Shown here: positions 31,201 through 41,184 of the stretch, piece by piece
Numbering within the stretch: position 1 is the first letter of the stretch
How the letters are laid out: every line of letters starts with the position of its first letter
Assembly (NCBI GenBank): GCA_965197475.1
Contig: CBDANF010000003.1
Coordinates: 128,001-192,000 of the forward strand
Reading direction: 5' to 3'
DNA: 64,000 nt
Origin: Candidatus Poribacteria bacterium
Lineage (GTDB): Bacteria; Poribacteria; WGA-4E; WGA-3G
Position numbers and translations under genes: made by a program
The notes under the pieces: generated by a model
The model's database searches: none
Seen by the model: only the letters and a program-made list of their open reading frames with translations
Told to the model about the DNA's origin: nothing

Positions 31201-31262
31201 ATCGCGACGAGGAGGTCACTCCTACAGAAAGCAAAAAATCGCGACGAGGAGGTCACTCCTAC
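31201..31262 (-). repeat. Tandem pair of GTAG-REPs (family F)
   Basis: ATCGCGACGAGGAGGTCACTCCTAC occurs at 31201-31225 and 31238-31262. The second copy supplies the glycosyltransferase stop codon. Confidence 0.85.
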
Positions 31263-32443
31263 GATAGTATATCATCATAAAGTGCAAGATAAGCGTCAGC
31301 GATGTTTTTCCAATCGTAGCGTTTAACCTCTTCTGTACTCGGATTGACCTTTTCTGTACTCGCATTACCCATCTTAAGGCGCGCTTCGCCTGCGTTAATT
31401 AGTTTTACGAGGCAGTCCGCGAGTCCGTCAACATCGCCAGGCTCAAACAATGCTCCGTTAACATCTTGCGCCACAAGTTCATCAACACCTTGAACACGAC
31501 TCGCGATAATCGGCAATCCTGTCCCCATCGCTTCCAAAACGACAAGCGGCATACCTTCTGCCAATGATGGTAAAATGAAGATGTCAGCCTCACGGTACTT
31601 TTGCGGTAAGTCTGGATACCGCACCGTGCCAGCAAAACGGACATAAGAAGTTACACCGAGATTTTCTGCCAATCCTATCAGTTCTTCCTCATAAGGTCCA
31701 TCGCCGACAATCTCAATTTCAAAGTTATGCAAGACTTTGTCAAGGATTTGTGGAAGTGCGCGAATGAGAAATTGGAACCCTTTACGTGGAATGAGTCTGC
31801 CAATCGCAAGACATCGGACTATTTTCGGATAAGCCTCGCGCTGCGTCGGTTGAAAACGATCTGGATCTAATCCATCAGGAATAATATCTATCTCTACGTC
31901 AGCATCCGTTACGCGAGCAAGATCGCGTAAACCGTCGCTGCATGCCACAACCGCACCAGCGTTGTCCCAAATTGCTCGAATAATCGGCTTTAGCAGCAGG
32001 TATAACCAACGATAATAGGGTGGATCGGGATCAGGGCGCGGCACGTCCCTACCGCCCAAGAACACTACATACGGCACATTATTGAATTTTCGCAGAAGAT
32101 AAGCACCACCACCCGCAGGAATACCGAAAAAAACTTGAACGATATCCGGTTTAAATTGTTTCGCAAATTTCAACCCGTAAATGCTGGAACTCACTGAGTA
32201 TGTCAACATCTCATGGACTGCACATACATTCGGATTTTTCCGTAGCGCGTTCACACGATGCACATGAAAACCTTCTACTTTTTCCATTTTCGCACAACCA
32301 CGAAATTGTGAGGTGATCAGGTGGACATCGTGTCCCGCTGCGGCGAAATGTTTCCCTATATAATAACTTACCCAACCACCCCCACCACCAATAGGTGGGA
32401 ACTCGTGATTGAACATCAGTATTTTTCGTTGATGAGAAGCCAA
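31259..32443 (-). CDS. Glycosyltransferase family 4
   Basis: EFPPIGGG, GRLIPRKG and EGMPLVVLEAM. Confidence 0.93.
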   Translation of the reverse strand: MASHQRKILMFNHEFPPIGGGGGWVSYYIGKHFAAAGHDVHLITSQFRGCAKMEKVEGFHVHRVNALRKNPNVCAVHEMLTYSVSSSIYGLKFAKQFKPDIVQVFFGIPAGGGAYLLRKFNNVPYVVFLGGRDVPRPDPDPPYYRWLYLLLKPIIRAIWDNAGAVVACSDGLRDLARVTDADVEIDIIPDGLDPDRFQPTQREAYPKIVRCLAIGRLIPRKGFQFLIRALPQILDKVLHNFEIEIVGDGPYEEELIGLAENLGVTSYVRFAGTVRYPDLPQKYREADIFILPSLAEGMPLVVLEAMGTGLPIIASRVQGVDELVAQDVNGALFEPGDVDGLADCLVKLINAGEARLKMGNASTEKVNPSTEEVKRYDWKNIADAYLALYDDILS

Positions 32444-32457
32444 TTGATTACCTATAC

Positions 32458-33345
32458 TTATAGGACGCGATTTTCTGCCAATTGAACAGCGTATTCAATC
32501 ATCGCCTTTGCAATATCAATTCCAGTGACCGACTCCAGTTCCTCAAACCCTGGCGACGGGTTAACCTCTAATATGACGGGTCCATCTTTTGTCTGAAGCA
32601 GATCAACGCCAGCAATATCTAATTCCAAGGCAGCAGCGGCATCAACGGCGATCCGACTATATTCATCAGTTATTGTTATCGCTTCCCCGTTTGCCCCTTG
32701 GTGAATGTTCGATCGGAATTCACCTTGGATTGCACGCCTTTTCATCGCTGCTATTACATTGCCGCCCATGACAAGAATTCGGACATCAACGCCAGCCGCT
32801 TCTGCTATAAAAGATTGAATGACATAATCCCGATGGAGGTCACACAGTGCCTCTACCGTTGAAGTGAGAGAAGTAGGTGTATCTAACAACATAACCCCCA
32901 TGCCGTGTGTGCCGTAAAACGGTTTTAAAATAAACGGATACTCTCCTATTTCAGGTGCTGCATCCTCTAAAAAAGTGGCGGAACCGACGGTAAGACTTGG
33001 GGGAATGGGCAATCCGTGTTGTGCAAGGATACGTAGGGAGCGAAACTTCTGACGTGCGGCAGCAATCGCACTTGCGCGATTCACTACCGGAATACCGAGC
33101 CATTCAAAATGGGATACAACCTCTCCACCGTATCTTGCTGTCGCGCCGCTGAGCCGTGGAATAACGACATCAAAATCTTCCGCCGGTTGCCCGTTGTATG
33201 TGATACGATTGCCAGTTCCACCGATTTGTAGGTAAAAACCGAACGGATCTCGGACTTGGGCGGTGTGTCCAGCATTTTCAGCGGCTTCAACGAGGCTGCT
33301 GGTTGAGTGGTTTTCGGGTCCACGGGAAAGGATGGCAATATTCAT
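32458..33345 (-). CDS. RimK family alpha-L-glutamate ligase
   Basis: DVVIPRL, FRSNIHQG, AGVDLL and EVNPSPG. Confidence 0.93.
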   Translation of the reverse strand: MNIAILSRGPENHSTSSLVEAAENAGHTAQVRDPFGFYLQIGGTGNRITYNGQPAEDFDVVIPRLSGATARYGGEVVSHFEWLGIPVVNRASAIAAARQKFRSLRILAQHGLPIPPSLTVGSATFLEDAAPEIGEYPFILKPFYGTHGMGVMLLDTPTSLTSTVEALCDLHRDYVIQSFIAEAAGVDVRILVMGGNVIAAMKRRAIQGEFRSNIHQGANGEAITITDEYSRIAVDAAAALELDIAGVDLLQTKDGPVILEVNPSPGFEELESVTGIDIAKAMIEYAVQLAENRVL

Positions 33346-33450
33346 AATTAGGATAGTATTCAGTTATCAGTTGTCGGTAATTAAAAGAAAAACTGGCTGG
33401 GTTAAAACCGAAAACTAACACTGGCAACTAACAAAAACAATATGAAAATC

Positions 33451-34488
33451 TTACACTTTATGCGGTTGGTAAGTTTTCTTTAGGAAATCTTCCAACTCCT
33501 CAAATGTATCAAAAATCTTATCACATAAGTTTTCAAAGAAGATACTCCGCGTCTCGTTGTAAACAGCATACACAGGTTTATTATGGCGACTGGCGTAGTT
33601 CATTTCGCTGAGAACACCGGGCGATAATTTGTCAGTAGGATAGAGCACAACGACAAAATCACTTTGGTGAACAAACTGGTAATCCCGCGAAATGGTTCGC
33701 GTTTTTATCTGCTCAATTACGTCATCGTCCAATTCACTCATCGTTTCAGGCACATTCAACACCTCATCATCACTCTCTGCTTTTGAGAAGGTAACGAGTG
33801 CCATATCCTTAATCGTCAGTGGATCGAAGACAATAAAAGAATGACGGAGTTTTGCGCCAAGTTCACGAATTTTCTCAATTTCCTTTGGGGTATCTCTTAG
33901 AAGCGTAATCGGGTAACTGAGGTAAAATTTCGGTTTGTCTGAAAAGAGCAGTTCATAGAAATTCGCAAGTTCGTGTTGCCGTGCAACAGTGTAGTGCGGT
34001 TTTTCTGTAAGGTGCGCGAGTTGTCTGGTGAGGAATTCTTCTTCGTCCAGCCAAACATTAAGTGCTGCTTTTTTGATGCCCGCCCATTGAACGCTTTTCT
34101 CCATCCGTTCGTAGATGTCTGCGATATTGTCAACCACGTTGATATACATATCCGGTGGAAGAATTTCAATGTCTTTAAAAGAAAACCCTTCAAGGAGGCT
34201 TCCACGCCATCGAAAGCACGCGTGCAACCCGATGACAGCGTGTTCATACGCTGCGGCATCTCTTGCGATTTCGTAGAAAGCGGTGCGCCGCGCTAACGAT
34301 AAGACCGCCGGATCCGAATCGAGAACCTTCTCTGTGAAATGGACACGCGATTCCGCAGCAACACGGTGCATATAATCACCAACATTGAAAAAGCCGATGT
34401 TCAGTTCTCTTTGTACGCAAAGTGCTTCAAAATCTGCGATTAACTGCTTGCGTCCAGAACAACTGATGCCGGTACAGAAAATATTCAT
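33451..34488 (-). CDS. P-loop NMP-kinase-like domain fused to a nucleoside 2-deoxyribosyltransferase-like domain
   Basis: N-terminal TGISCSGRK. C-terminal YLSYPI...FDPL...RDYQFVHQSDFVVV...SPGVLSEMNYA..KPVY. Confidence 0.7.
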   Translation of the reverse strand: MNIFCTGISCSGRKQLIADFEALCVQRELNIGFFNVGDYMHRVAAESRVHFTEKVLDSDPAVLSLARRTAFYEIARDAAAYEHAVIGLHACFRWRGSLLEGFSFKDIEILPPDMYINVVDNIADIYERMEKSVQWAGIKKAALNVWLDEEEFLTRQLAHLTEKPHYTVARQHELANFYELLFSDKPKFYLSYPITLLRDTPKEIEKIRELGAKLRHSFIVFDPLTIKDMALVTFSKAESDDEVLNVPETMSELDDDVIEQIKTRTISRDYQFVHQSDFVVVLYPTDKLSPGVLSEMNYASRHNKPVYAVYNETRSIFFENLCDKIFDTFEELEDFLKKTYQPHKV

Positions 34489-34636
34489 TGTTTCGTAACC
34501 TTTACTTATTCTGAAACTCCGCTTATATACTATGGAGTATATCACGATTGCTGTGTGAATTCAAGGAATTTGTGTATCAAAACGATTTGCGATTTGGACT
34601 TGATGTACGCTATAATTATCTAAAGGCAAGAATATA

Positions 34637-34918
34637 GTGAACATTCGCTTTTACAACAATCCAGAAACTGGATTGCCTCATATCTATGATCATGATGTCA
34701 ACAAGGATGAGGTAGAAGATGTTCTACTGAATCCTGGTGAAAATAGAGCGGGACGTGGACGATCAAGGGTTGTCATCGGTCAAACACAAGCGGGACGCTA
34801 CTTGCGAGTTGTCTATGTACAAGACCCGCAGCCCAACAGTGTTTTTGTGGTTACAGCTTACGAATTGACAGGAAAACCTTTAAAGGCATACCGAAGACGA
34901 AGGAGAAACAGAGGATGA
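34637..34918 (+). CDS. BrnT/DUF4258-like RelE-fold toxin
   Basis: HDVNKDEVEDVL...GQTQAGRYLRVVY...VVTAY. Confidence 0.8.
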   Translation: MNIRFYNNPETGLPHIYDHDVNKDEVEDVLLNPGENRAGRGRSRVVIGQTQAGRYLRVVYVQDPQPNSVFVVTAYELTGKPLKAYRRRRRNRG

Positions 34919-35136
34919 CGAAGAATAAATTTCCGCCTGGGTGGGATGAAGCGCGCGTACAAAGTGTCATTGTACATTACGAACAACAAACAGAGGATGA
35001 AGCTGTCGCTGAAGATGAGGCTGCATTTCAGGATGAGGCCAGCACATTGATGGCGATTCCTACAGAATTGGTACCCGCCGTGCTTGAACTGATTGACAAA
35101 CACATTGCTGTGAAACAACAAGAAATAAAAAATTGA
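34915..35136 (+). CDS. Putative antitoxin
   Basis: Small, acidic, ATGA-coupled to the toxin. Confidence 0.7.
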   Translation: MTKNKFPPGWDEARVQSVIVHYEQQTEDEAVAEDEAAFQDEASTLMAIPTELVPAVLELIDKHIAVKQQEIKN

Positions 35137-35249
35137 AAATTAAATGCGATATCTGCGATATATTTTTGAGACAACTGTTTGTCAAAACGCGGGGTTAAAC
35201 TTTTATTCATTGTTATTTTTATAGCAGTAGCAGTTTGGTACTGTGAGTT

Positions 35250-36047
35250 TTACTGAGCTTCCAAGATTGCAGATTTGAGATCTTCATCCCCCGCTTTCTC
35301 TGCTAAGTCTAATGCTGACTGGATATCTTGATTTCCTTTTTTAGTATCACCGAGCAAATGTTTAGCGAGTCCTCGCCCGTAATAAGCCCTTGCATAATCA
35401 GGTTTCAAGCGGATAGCCTCGTCAAAATCAGCGATAGCGTCTTCGGTATATTCTAAAAATAGCTTAGCGAACCCCCTTTCGTTGTGAGTTTGAGCATCAT
35501 CAGGTTTTAGATGGATAGCGGTGTCAAAATCAGAGATGGCAGCTTCAGCATGTTTTAGACGGAATTTCGCAATGCCTCGGTTGAAGTAGGCTTTATGAGC
35601 ATTAGGGGCTAAGCGAATAGCGATGTCAAAGTCAGAGATGGCATCAAAATATTGTTCCAATCTATTTTTGGACATACCTCGGGCCAAGTAAGACTCTGCA
35701 GCGTTCGGTTGAATCTTAATAGTCTTATCATAGTCAACGATGGCAGCTTCAGCATGTCCCAGTTTATCTTTTGCAACCCCTCGGTTGAAGTAAGCGTCTG
35801 CAGATTTCGGGTTTAGACTGATAACTTTATCAAAGTCGGATATAGCTTCAAAGTGTTGTCCCAGGTTGCCATTCGAAATACCACGGTTAAAATAGACATC
35901 TTCATACTCCGGATTTTGGTTGATAGCTTTATCATACTCTAAAATAGCAGACTGATAATCCTCTTGATTGTAAAACTCATTACCTTTGTAAAAGTGAGTC
36001 TTGGCAGATGTAATTTCATTGATTGAGGCGTTAGTGTTTTCCATCAT
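35250..36047 (-). CDS. TPR repeat protein
   Basis: Repeated AYFNRG...AISDFDxAIxLxP units. Confidence 0.92.
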   Translation of the reverse strand: MMENTNASINEITSAKTHFYKGNEFYNQEDYQSAILEYDKAINQNPEYEDVYFNRGISNGNLGQHFEAISDFDKVISLNPKSADAYFNRGVAKDKLGHAEAAIVDYDKTIKIQPNAAESYLARGMSKNRLEQYFDAISDFDIAIRLAPNAHKAYFNRGIAKFRLKHAEAAISDFDTAIHLKPDDAQTHNERGFAKLFLEYTEDAIADFDEAIRLKPDYARAYYGRGLAKHLLGDTKKGNQDIQSALDLAEKAGDEDLKSAILEAQ

Positions 36048-36574
36048 GCCGCATCCTTTGCTTTCTGATAACCGGGGAGTATACTATCTTTTAAATTAAG
36101 CTGACTCTCGTTGGATAAATGTGATCGGGGACTTTTGTCACTTGTCTCACTGTTTCTGTTAATCCATTGCGGAAACGCTTGAATGAGGATATAAAGCAGG
36201 ATTGCTACCACTATAGGGGCAATAATAGAGCTCAGAATCACATGTTGCACTTTAGCAGTTCCCTTGGTCCTTTCCTCAAGCACAGCAACTCTTGTGTTGA
36301 GATCTACTACATTTTTGCTAAGGTTCGCCACATTCTCGCTAAGTTTCTCCAGATTTTTGTTAAGTTCCTCTACGTTTTTGTTGAGTTTCTCTACATTTTT
36401 GTTTAAATCTACCAAATTTATTTTTTCGGTAACCGTTATGACTTGCGAGTCTGGTTGTACTGGCTCGGCTAATGCCCCCGATGTAAGGAAGAAGATAACC
36501 AGAATTACTAAAATTCCCCAAAGAGCACCCTGTACATTTAGCATTGTAAATCTCCTAAACTTTGATTTGACCAT
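36044..36574 (-). CDS. Membrane-anchored protein with 21-bp heptad repeats
   Basis: Signal/TM segment, LNKNVEK-LNKNVEE-LNKNLEK-LSENVAN-LSKNVVD, then a second TM segment. Confidence 0.75.
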   Translation of the reverse strand: MVKSKFRRFTMLNVQGALWGILVILVIFFLTSGALAEPVQPDSQVITVTEKINLVDLNKNVEKLNKNVEELNKNLEKLSENVANLSKNVVDLNTRVAVLEERTKGTAKVQHVILSSIIAPIVVAILLYILIQAFPQWINRNSETSDKSPRSHLSNESQLNLKDSILPGYQKAKDAA

Positions 36575-36663
36575 ACGAAAATAAGCATACGCCGTATTCA
36601 GTTAATAGGTTATATAATTGTAGCATATCATTCAAGAAAAAAACAGAAAAAGTTGAAGAGTCG

Positions 36664-39600
36664 TCACTTCTCTGGTAAACCGTTAATTATCTTCACCGTC
36701 TCAAGGCTAACGGTAATAACACGCGCGATTAAGTCCACAATATACTGCGGTTCCTCCTCACGATTCGGGTCATTCCGAATTTTACTCCGTGCGTCTACCG
36801 TGACACAATACTGATCAATTATCCACTCCAATGCAGACCGATTGCCTAACTTATATTGGAATACATCGGCAGGAATATTTTCCAGCGTTAAGAAACTGTT
36901 GTAACGAATTTGTGATTTGTCTTTGGACAAAGCCATTTTCTCAACGCGCCAGTTTAGTGGCATTTTTGGAGTTTCCTTAAGTGTTAACCCTTCGTATTTT
37001 GGGACAGTCTCATAGTTGACATGGAGATCCGCTAACTGCTTGCCAGCCTCCGCGAACACCCAAAAGTTTTCAGCAAAAGGGATACGAGGGAAGCTGCGCT
37101 TGAGGTCTTCCTTATACTTTTCGCGATAATTGGGGTGGTGCAAGATGCCGTAGTTATAATAAAAAATATCCCATTTTGTAATGCTTTCGTCTTCGTAGTG
37201 GTTTTGAAATGCCACTAATGCCCAGTCGGTAATGTTTTCGCGTCTGTTTGAGCCATCTTCATTATAGATGAAGAAAGGAAAACATTGATTCGGCGATCCA
37301 TAACCGCCTGTTACTACAAGATTAGGAATGCAGTTTGTGACAAGACAAGTAAAAGGTTTCTCTGGTGTCACATTGACACAGATCACTTGATTTTCCGTTT
37401 CTGCTTCACGGGTTGGAAAGATAGAGGGAAACAAGGATACTATATCAGTCATTATTCGGTCAAAATAGAGATTTGATTTAGTAAACGGACGGTAGAGGGA
37501 ATTCCTTGTCTTGTGGTCAACATATTCAGCAATTTTTTCTTGCTTCAACTTTCTTTTTAAGTCGCGGCTCCACTTTATTTTTGTATCATCGTATAAAACA
37601 AAATCATTTACTTTGGGTTCTGGGACATTTCCACGTTTCCATTCAACGACTTCACGTTTCCAACGATCCAACTCTGCTGTGTAAGTTTTTATCGTTCGTT
37701 GCACATTATTATGCAGAGAATCTTGATTGAAGTTGTAAACCCAGGCATCTCTATTGGTTGACACACCGAGACTGAATTTCCTGAAAATCACACCGTTCAC
37801 GACCGGGCCTTTTATTTTCTTTGCTGCTTTAGTTCCCACCGGAATAAGATCTTCAAAATCTTCTTGGAGTCCTTTAGTGAGCCATGTGTGGCGTGTGTTA
37901 GGTTGAATCTTTTGCCATTTGACATTGCTGGCATTTTGATGTTTGCTTAAGAAGTCAAACGTTTGTGCCTTGCTCTGTAATTCTGTTTCATTGTTGTAAA
38001 AAATACATGGAGTGTCAATAGGTTCTCCCGTTTTCAGGAGCAGCGCGATGCTTACACCGATTTTGATGTCAAACACGTTAGAGTCGACAGGCTGCCCCTT
38101 AAGAATATTTCCTCCTAAATTAAACAGATACAACGCATTGAATTCTTTCGCGAGATGTTTTCGCATCCCATCAAATGCTATTCCATCAATAAAAGTGTTG
38201 TTTGTCACAAACGCAACAATACCGCAGTCACCAATTCGTTTTGATGCCCAGCTAAACGCTCTGACATACGGGTCATATACGTTATATATCAGTTGTGCAT
38301 TGGAATCTTTCACATACGTATCCTTAATCTGTTTGTCCAATGCTTTTTTGTATTCACGATTTTTGTTATTGTCGTTTTCGCTTTCTTGTCGAGCATTGTA
38401 GGGTGGATTACCAATAACGACAAACATGTCCTCTGCTTTTTGTTTGTTAACCCGTTTTGTGTTTTCTTCAGAAAGAAGTGACATCTGTGCTTGGTCAAAC
38501 AATTCAAAAGTATCGGCAAAGACTATTCCCTTAAAGGGTAGGTATTTCCCCGTGGATTGCCAGAACTCTTGCTCAATGTTTAAATTGGCAATGTAGTAAG
38601 GCATTAACAGAACTTCGTTGCAATGTAATTCGCGCTGGTATTTATTCTCTAATGCTGTTGTGCGTATGTCCTGCATCAGTCGGACAATAAAATTACCGGT
38701 ACCAACAAACGGATCAATGATATGAACCCCTGTATCTGAAAGTGATCGACTAAACTTATCTTGTAGGAGATGTTCAACGCTGTTCACCATGAAATCGACA
38801 ATCGGTTGTGGCGTGTAGACAATGCCGTGTGTATCTGCTACCTTAACACAGAAACCTTGAAAAAATCGCTCATAGACGGTGTTAAGGTAGTGTTGTTTTT
38901 CTGAGAAGTCTTTACAACGGGTTGCCGCTTGCTCAATAGCAATGTAGAAAGGGTCCAGAGGTTCAAGAAATTTATCACGACTTACCGCTTGTTGCATGAG
39001 TACTGCACTGACCTTTTCAATCTCAACGGCAATGATATTGCGGCTTGCAAAATCGGACATGTTAAAGACTTTGCGGAAGATACGTTCAGTGAGGATATGC
39101 TGAATGAGCATCTCTTCAACGGCAGCTTGTGAAAGATCGGGATTGATTGCGTTACGACAGGTTTGGTAGAAATCGGCAAATGCTGTCTTGAACGCTGTAT
39201 TGGTTTCGTGCTGCTGCTCAATAAGTTTTTTCAACTTGTCTGCAAGTGCCGGAATCCGATCTCGGAATTTATCAACTGCATCATACCAATAGCTAAAAGC
39301 GGTATCGGAATATGAGAAAAGATATTGAAGTGCTTCAACAAGGTTTTTGGAGTCGGTAATGTCTGTGTTTAGTACTTCCTGTTCGTCCTGAAACAAGATG
39401 GCACGCTCGGGGGTTTGAAACAAAATATTGTCAAACGGATAACCCTTGTCACGTTTCTCCTGAATTGCTTTCGGGAGATCGTCATCTATATCCTTTGCCT
39501 CCCAGTATGCTATCGGGAGTCCGTAATTCATAATTATCGCGCCATCAATAAAGATACGTTTTCCTTCTTTGGTACGCATTGGGTATTGTGGGGCAAAGGT

Positions 39601-39765
39601 TGCTTTCACCTTTTTTGCACAAACATCAAGTAAGATAGCAAAGGGGTTGCTCACAGCACCTTCGTGGGTGAGGTCATAGTTTTCGTATTGTTGCAGTGCC
39701 TTGTAGTAGTCTTTTATAGGCTTGTGTGTGTATTTAAGATTTAGTTTTTCCATAAGGTTTTCCAT
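36664..39765 (-). CDS. Single-chain R-M enzyme (nuclease + N6-MTase + Type ISP C-terminal specificity domain; no helicase)
   Basis: YWEAKD, GIVYTPQPIVDF, IIDPFVGTGNF, IGNPPY, SLYRPF and YKLGNRSALEW. Confidence 0.92.
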   Translation of the reverse strand: MENLMEKLNLKYTHKPIKDYYKALQQYENYDLTHEGAVSNPFAILLDVCAKKVKATFAPQYPMRTKEGKRIFIDGAIIMNYGLPIAYWEAKDIDDDLPKAIQEKRDKGYPFDNILFQTPERAILFQDEQEVLNTDITDSKNLVEALQYLFSYSDTAFSYWYDAVDKFRDRIPALADKLKKLIEQQHETNTAFKTAFADFYQTCRNAINPDLSQAAVEEMLIQHILTERIFRKVFNMSDFASRNIIAVEIEKVSAVLMQQAVSRDKFLEPLDPFYIAIEQAATRCKDFSEKQHYLNTVYERFFQGFCVKVADTHGIVYTPQPIVDFMVNSVEHLLQDKFSRSLSDTGVHIIDPFVGTGNFIVRLMQDIRTTALENKYQRELHCNEVLLMPYYIANLNIEQEFWQSTGKYLPFKGIVFADTFELFDQAQMSLLSEENTKRVNKQKAEDMFVVIGNPPYNARQESENDNNKNREYKKALDKQIKDTYVKDSNAQLIYNVYDPYVRAFSWASKRIGDCGIVAFVTNNTFIDGIAFDGMRKHLAKEFNALYLFNLGGNILKGQPVDSNVFDIKIGVSIALLLKTGEPIDTPCIFYNNETELQSKAQTFDFLSKHQNASNVKWQKIQPNTRHTWLTKGLQEDFEDLIPVGTKAAKKIKGPVVNGVIFRKFSLGVSTNRDAWVYNFNQDSLHNNVQRTIKTYTAELDRWKREVVEWKRGNVPEPKVNDFVLYDDTKIKWSRDLKRKLKQEKIAEYVDHKTRNSLYRPFTKSNLYFDRIMTDIVSLFPSIFPTREAETENQVICVNVTPEKPFTCLVTNCIPNLVVTGGYGSPNQCFPFFIYNEDGSNRRENITDWALVAFQNHYEDESITKWDIFYYNYGILHHPNYREKYKEDLKRSFPRIPFAENFWVFAEAGKQLADLHVNYETVPKYEGLTLKETPKMPLNWRVEKMALSKDKSQIRYNSFLTLENIPADVFQYKLGNRSALEWIIDQYCVTVDARSKIRNDPNREEEPQYIVDLIARVITVSLETVKIINGLPEK

Positions 39766-39882
39766 TAGTGCTAACTTGTTCCTGATGGATTACAAGAGTC
39801 AACGATCCGAAAAAACAGATATACTTTTTAAATTGATACCTATGATTATAGAACAGTTAAACATTCACCATGTAAACGTATA

Positions 39883-39956
39883 TAATTACTATTCCCTATC
39901 TGCTGCTAACGATTTGAGTTTTGCGAGTGCCTCCTGCTCCTCTGTTTGCCACGGAC
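39883..39956 (-). pseudogene. 3'-end fragment of a diverged phyH allele
   Basis: 66/74 identical to 42633-42706; encodes PWQTEEQEALAKLKSLAADRE*. Confidence 0.85.
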
Positions 39957-39993
39957 AGTGCGCGGGTTTTTCTCATGTTCCTTTTGCATGTAA

Positions 39994-40374
39994 CTAATTT
40001 TCTGCTATCTGTGTCGATGTGTTTTGTGTCTCTAACACATCGGTGTACGCTTCAAGGTTTAGGTTTTCAGGGTCTATCGGTTGGATCGAAAGTTGATAGC
40101 CAAGCACTTTAAGGACAACTGTAAGAACATCAATCAAAGGTGTCCCTTCATTAGATAGGACTTTCGCAAGCACTTGTGGGTCCATATCTGTCTGCTTTGC
40201 CAGTTCAGAAACACCACCCTGCGCTTCAACAACGGTATGGAGAGATCTTAGAACTACTGGCGAATCCTCAAAAATTTGATAGTCTTCAAGGATAGCTTGG
40301 AGATAGTTAATTGCGCTTTCTCTGTCAGCAAGTTTTTCAATAAGGTACTCGCGCCATATTCCCATTTTTCTCAC
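39994..40374 (-). CDS. HigA-like addiction-module antidote (HTH)
   Basis: YLQAILED...[15 protein letters not shown]...LSNEGTP...VLKVLG. Confidence 0.85.
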   Translation of the reverse strand: MRKMGIWREYLIEKLADRESAINYLQAILEDYQIFEDSPVVLRSLHTVVEAQGGVSELAKQTDMDPQVLAKVLSNEGTPLIDVLTVVLKVLGYQLSIQPIDPENLNLEAYTDVLETQNTSTQIAEN

Positions 40375-40517
40375 TGATGTGTCTCCTTGTATTCTTGCCA
40401 ATATATTTTTGCCCGTTCAATATCACGCGTTTGTGATGACTTGTCTCCACCACATAATAAAAGAACGATTGTGTTCCCTACTTGTCCAAAATAGATTCGA
40501 TAACCTGCTCCAATCCG
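40371..40517 (-). pseudogene. C-terminal remnant of a RelE/HigB addiction-module killer toxin
   Basis: [35 protein letters not shown]; the N-terminus is replaced by a phyH fragment. Confidence 0.85.
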
Positions 40518-40557
40518 AGACATCCACATCATCAGTGACCAAGCCATGCACAAGTGG
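40514..40557 (-). pseudogene. Internal fragment of a diverged phyH allele
   Basis: Encodes [14 protein letters not shown] exactly as in 42859-42902, with six synonymous differences. Confidence 0.85.
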
Positions 40558-40713
40558 AGGACATGGGAGGTCCGCGCAAGCGCGGGAAGAAGTCTTCCTA
40601 AATGAGATATAACATATTAAAAATGGTATAAGCATTATTCTTACGCCAATTCATTTTACAATCAAGGTTCGGTTGGATTTATTGTATTGCATTGTTAGTC
40701 CTTTTATTGCATT

Positions 40714-41184
40714 TTAAAATGTCCATTTTTCTCTTTCCATGAATCCCTGCAAGTTAGTAAATGGAACTCCAAAATGGTCGCAAACATTTGGTATTTTAGG
40801 AGCGTTAGGTTTCTCTTTTTCTTCAGTGACAACACAGCCGTTTATTGTTTTGGCTAAGGCAATGATGAATGGATCGGCACACGGGTATCCAGCTAAGCGA
40901 TTTTTCTCATTTACTAAGTTTTGGAAATGTGGTACCAAGAAAATTTGCCTAACAAAGTGCGTTTCTGCAGCACTCGGTTTCACGAAAATGCTTTTATGCC
41001 GTTTTATCCAATCAGATAAATGAGGACGCCGTGTGTACCGTTGTAGTTCCCTTTCAACTTCCTTTACAGAGATAATCTTTCCATCTTTCACTGTTTGATC
41101 GAAATATTGCCAAAAAGTTGGGAATTGGTTCGGGTAATAATTACCAAGTACACTGAAACTATTGGTGTCAAATACGTAGATCAT
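40714..41184 (-). CDS. DUF4411 (PIN-like) protein
   Basis: YVFDTNS, FPTFW, ADPFIIALA, VVTEE and KIPNVC. Confidence 0.9.
   Translation of the reverse strand: MIYVFDTNSFSVLGNYYPNQFPTFWQYFDQTVKDGKIISVKEVERELQRYTRRPHLSDWIKRHKSIFVKPSAAETHFVRQIFLVPHFQNLVNEKNRLAGYPCADPFIIALAKTINGCVVTEEKEKPNAPKIPNVCDHFGVPFTNLQGFMEREKWTF

Noticed and set aside
31201-31262. Two 25-bp direct repeats as a mini-CRISPR
   Set aside because: Only two copies with a 12-bp gap and GTAG-REP structure.
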